39,381 bases of DNA from Ignavibacteria bacterium UBA6688 (GTDB lineage: Bacteria; Bacteroidota; Ignavibacteria; UBA10030), in assembly GCA_002454845.1 (NCBI GenBank), contig DKJQ01000348.1, positions 1 through 39,381 on the forward strand, given 5' to 3'. The position numbers and the translations under genes are program-made. Of the stretch, positions 37,568 through 39,381 are shown in pieces; the stretch's first letter is position 1, and every line of letters starts with the position of its first letter. The notes beneath the pieces are model-generated. The model did not search any database, was not told the origin of the DNA, and saw nothing but the letters and a program-made list of their open reading frames with translations.

Positions 37568-38173
37568 ATGCGCCCGCATCAAACGAACATAGTGGTGAGA
37601 GGGTATTCCTGGTTTCCAAAGGTTCTCCCGGCTCTTTGCCTTGTTCTTTTTATCTTTCCCACCCTGGCTGCTCAGCAAAGTATCAGAAGCGCCCTCTTGA
37701 AGAATCGTGTAGATTCGGGGCACTTTTCCTTCATTGCTTCACCCGACTCCACAATCAACGATACCACCGGTGGGGTGCGTCCGGAAAAATCAGCGCTCAC
37801 TGCGATTTTGCTTTCAGCGGTGTTGCCCGGGGCGGGACAAATCTACACGGAGCGGTACTGGACGGCACCGATCATTGTCGGGTTCACCGCGTATTTCATC
37901 AATCAATGGATCAAAGCGGACGATCTCTATATTTCGGCGCGAGATCGATACCGGCTCTCGGTCGAACAGAATGAGGGGGGGGGACAGGGGAGCGCGCAGT
38001 TCTTATACGAGCGCGACTTCTATAGGGACCAGCGGGACAAGTTTGCGTTCTATCTTGCCCTTACGTACATCCTGAACATCGTTGATGCGTATGTGGGGGC
38101 GAGCCTCTACAGTTTTGAGGTGGATGATAATCTGAACGGTGTCGAGATGAAGGTCAGCATTCCGATCCGATAA
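37568..38173 (+). CDS. DUF5683-like membrane protein
   Basis: 201 aa. A signal/anchor is followed by SAVLPGAGQIYTERYWTAPIIVGFTAYF and YLALTYILNIVDAYVGASL. This matches my recollection of the DUF5683 family, which commonly follows parAB in Bacteroidota-type genomes. Confidence 0.65.
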   Translation: MRPHQTNIVVRGYSWFPKVLPALCLVLFIFPTLAAQQSIRSALLKNRVDSGHFSFIASPDSTINDTTGGVRPEKSALTAILLSAVLPGAGQIYTERYWTAPIIVGFTAYFINQWIKADDLYISARDRYRLSVEQNEGGGQGSAQFLYERDFYRDQRDKFAFYLALTYILNIVDAYVGASLYSFEVDDNLNGVEMKVSIPIR

Positions 38174-38196
38174 AGTTAGCTTTCTGCGTGTTCATG

Positions 38197-38274
38197 CTCA
38201 CCTCTTACTTTTCACTTCTTATTTTTCACTTCCTACTTTCTACTCTTTTACATTTCACTTTTTACTTTCTACTT
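38197..38274 (+). repeat. 78-nt G-free pyrimidine-rich tract with imperfect 29-bp periodic direct repeats
   Basis: There is no G between 38197 and 38274; by my count about 43 T, 23 C and 12 A. TTTCACTTCCTACTTTCTACTC (38224-38245) and TTTCACTTTTTACTTTCTACTT (38253-38274) match at 19 of 22 positions. A partial TTTCACTTC lies at 38210-38218. The tract fills the gap between convergent gene ends and overlaps the TAG stop of the minus-strand gene. Confidence 0.8.
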
Positions 38275-39180
38275 GACCACATCCCTCAGTGCCATCTCAA
38301 GTTGAGGGAACCTGAAACGGTACCCCGCCTCCTGGAGTTTCTTCGGAATGACCTTTTGCCCTCCCAGCAGCATCGTCGACATTTCTCCCAGTGCAATCTG
38401 TAAGACAAATGCCGGGACAGGGGCCCATGATGGACGGCCCATCGTTTTCCCTAGGGTCCTGCAAAACTCCCGCATGGTTACAGATTGAGGAGCGGCAAGG
38501 TTCACGGGTCCGGTGAGGGATTTGTTGCTGAGGGCAAAGACGATGGCGCCGACTTCATCCTCGATGTGAACCCACGGGAACCACTGGTTCCCGGAGCCGA
38601 GCGGTCCTCCTGCGAACAGCCTGAAGGGGAGAAGCAATTTCTTCAGCGCTCCTCCGGTTTTCTCCAATACGATCCCGGTCCTTATCATAACCACACGCAC
38701 ACCCGATTGTTCCGCCTTTCTGGCAGCTTCTTCCCATCGTGCACAGGTGGTCCCAAGGAAATCCGTTGCCGCCGAATGGGATTCCGTTACGTCCCCTTCC
38801 TTCACATCACCATAGTATCCGACCGCTGAAGCGTTGATCAGGACTTCTGGTTTCTTCGTTGCTTTTGCAATGGCATCGACAATGGCGCCGGTTGCATCGA
38901 GCCGGCTTGCGAGGATCCGTTCCTTTTGAGCTCCCGTCCATCGCTTTGCCGCTATCGGCTCGCCGGCAAGGTTGATGACCGCATCGGAGCCGTCGATGTG
39001 CTTTGCCCAATCTCCCACCGTTTTCGCATCCCAATGGAAGAAGACGATACCGGGCCGGTCTGATTCCCTTGGTACGGGATGATGCCGGCTCAGCAGCGTG
39101 AGTGAATGCCCCTCTTGTTGAAGCTTCAGTACGAGCTTTTGCCCGATAAATCCGGTGGCGCCTGCAAGCACGATGTTCAT
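38269..39180 (-). CDS. SDR-family epimerase-like protein, TIGR01777/YfcH type (NAD-binding Rossmann + DUF1731-like C-terminus)
   Basis: 303 aa. MNIVLAGATGFIGQKLV, VINLAGEPIA..RWT...K..I..SR, NASAVGYYG, and C-terminal GGQKVIPKKLQEAGYRFRFP. Confidence 0.85.
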   Translation of the reverse strand: MNIVLAGATGFIGQKLVLKLQQEGHSLTLLSRHHPVPRESDRPGIVFFHWDAKTVGDWAKHIDGSDAVINLAGEPIAAKRWTGAQKERILASRLDATGAIVDAIAKATKKPEVLINASAVGYYGDVKEGDVTESHSAATDFLGTTCARWEEAARKAEQSGVRVVMIRTGIVLEKTGGALKKLLLPFRLFAGGPLGSGNQWFPWVHIEDEVGAIVFALSNKSLTGPVNLAAPQSVTMREFCRTLGKTMGRPSWAPVPAFVLQIALGEMSTMLLGGQKVIPKKLQEAGYRFRFPQLEMALRDVVK

Positions 39181-39292
39181 AGGTCACCTGGTTTGATGTT
39201 CGTTTTTCCGGTCGAGGCCGTCCAAATAATACGATTGACCGGTTGTTCAACTTCAAACGTTTGGGAATACAGTCTGTTCTCAAGACTCCAAC

Positions 39293-39323
39293 GCGGGTGG
39301 GAAGACCTCCCGCCCCACTTTTT
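39293..39323 (+). terminator. Orphan terminator-like hairpin + T5 in plus orientation, with no upstream plus-strand CDS
   Basis: GCGGGtGG-gaaga-CCtCCCGC (39293-39313) is 7 GC-rich pairs with one T/T mismatch. The alternative GTGGG (39297-39301) / CCCAC (39314-39318) is followed directly by TTTTT (39319-39323). Confidence 0.35.
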
Positions 39324-39381
39324 GGACCGTATCTCAATCTTCGCGAATTTCATCTTGAAAAACTACACTCTGCAAATCGAG

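Noticed and set aside
38210-38274. Possible mini-CRISPR from the 29-bp periodic repeats
   Set aside because: There are only two to three imperfect units, spacers are essentially absent because the units abut, no cas genes are in the window, and the sequence is low-complexity rather than palindromic.
38188-38403. 71-aa plus-strand ORF (MFMLTSYFSLLIFHFLLSTLLHFTFYFLL...) that looks like a hydrophobic peptide
   Set aside because: The hydrophobic appearance is a direct consequence of translating the T/C-rich G-free tract. Its second half is antisense to the well-supported SDR gene. A micro-peptide cannot be formally excluded.

Overview
This is a densely coding, moderately GC-rich chromosomal segment with about 40 CDS, most separated by 0-30 nt or overlapping by 1-4 nt. 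It reads as core genome, not an accessory island.

Content:
- **Signalling (two-component / sigma-54):** a truncated REC-HisKA hybrid kinase runs off the left edge on the minus strand. Divergent from it are a stand-alone receiver and an NtrC-type enhancer-binding protein (EBP). A second, orphan NtrC-type EBP lies at 18.0 kb and PtsN/EIIA-Ntr at 23.3 kb.
- **Acyl-CoA catabolism:** glutaryl-CoA dehydrogenase, MeaB GTPase, a short-chain-type acyl-CoA dehydrogenase and a methylcrotonyl/propionyl-CoA-type carboxyltransferase.
- **Housekeeping:** guaB, purD, hisS, lgt, rlmB, deoB, rpoD, def, fmt, parA, parB, ridA.
- **Envelope and sugar-nucleotide:** a GT4 glycosyltransferase, two SDR epimerase-like proteins, a fused nucleotidyltransferase/phosphomannomutase and an NlpC/P60 lipoprotein.

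The short 285-aa primary sigma factor without region 1.1, and a DUF5683-like gene directly after parAB, suggest the FCB superphylum (Bacteroidota / Ignavibacteriota / Rhodothermota-like). Unlike Bacteroidia, many genes here have clear GGAGG-like Shine-Dalgarno (SD) sequences.

I saw no rRNA, tRNA, CRISPR array, transposase, integrase or phage gene. I did not find a convincing novel multi-gene system.

The most unusual items are:
1. Two tandem EutN/CcmL vertex-protein paralogs with no shell or cargo genes nearby, next to an AbrB/PIN pair.
2. A 2xGAF-GGDEF protein with a destroyed active site but an intact I-site, followed by a tiny zinc-ribbon gene.
3. A 1037-aa polytopic-membrane / spermidine-synthase-like / TPR fusion with non-canonical catalytic motifs.
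4. A 78-nt G-free pyrimidine tract with 29-bp periodic repeats between convergent genes.
5. Several structured non-coding stretches (2.6-2.9 kb, 35.2-35.4 kb, 39.2-39.35 kb).

All functional calls come from motif recognition by eye on the translated ORFs. No database search was run.
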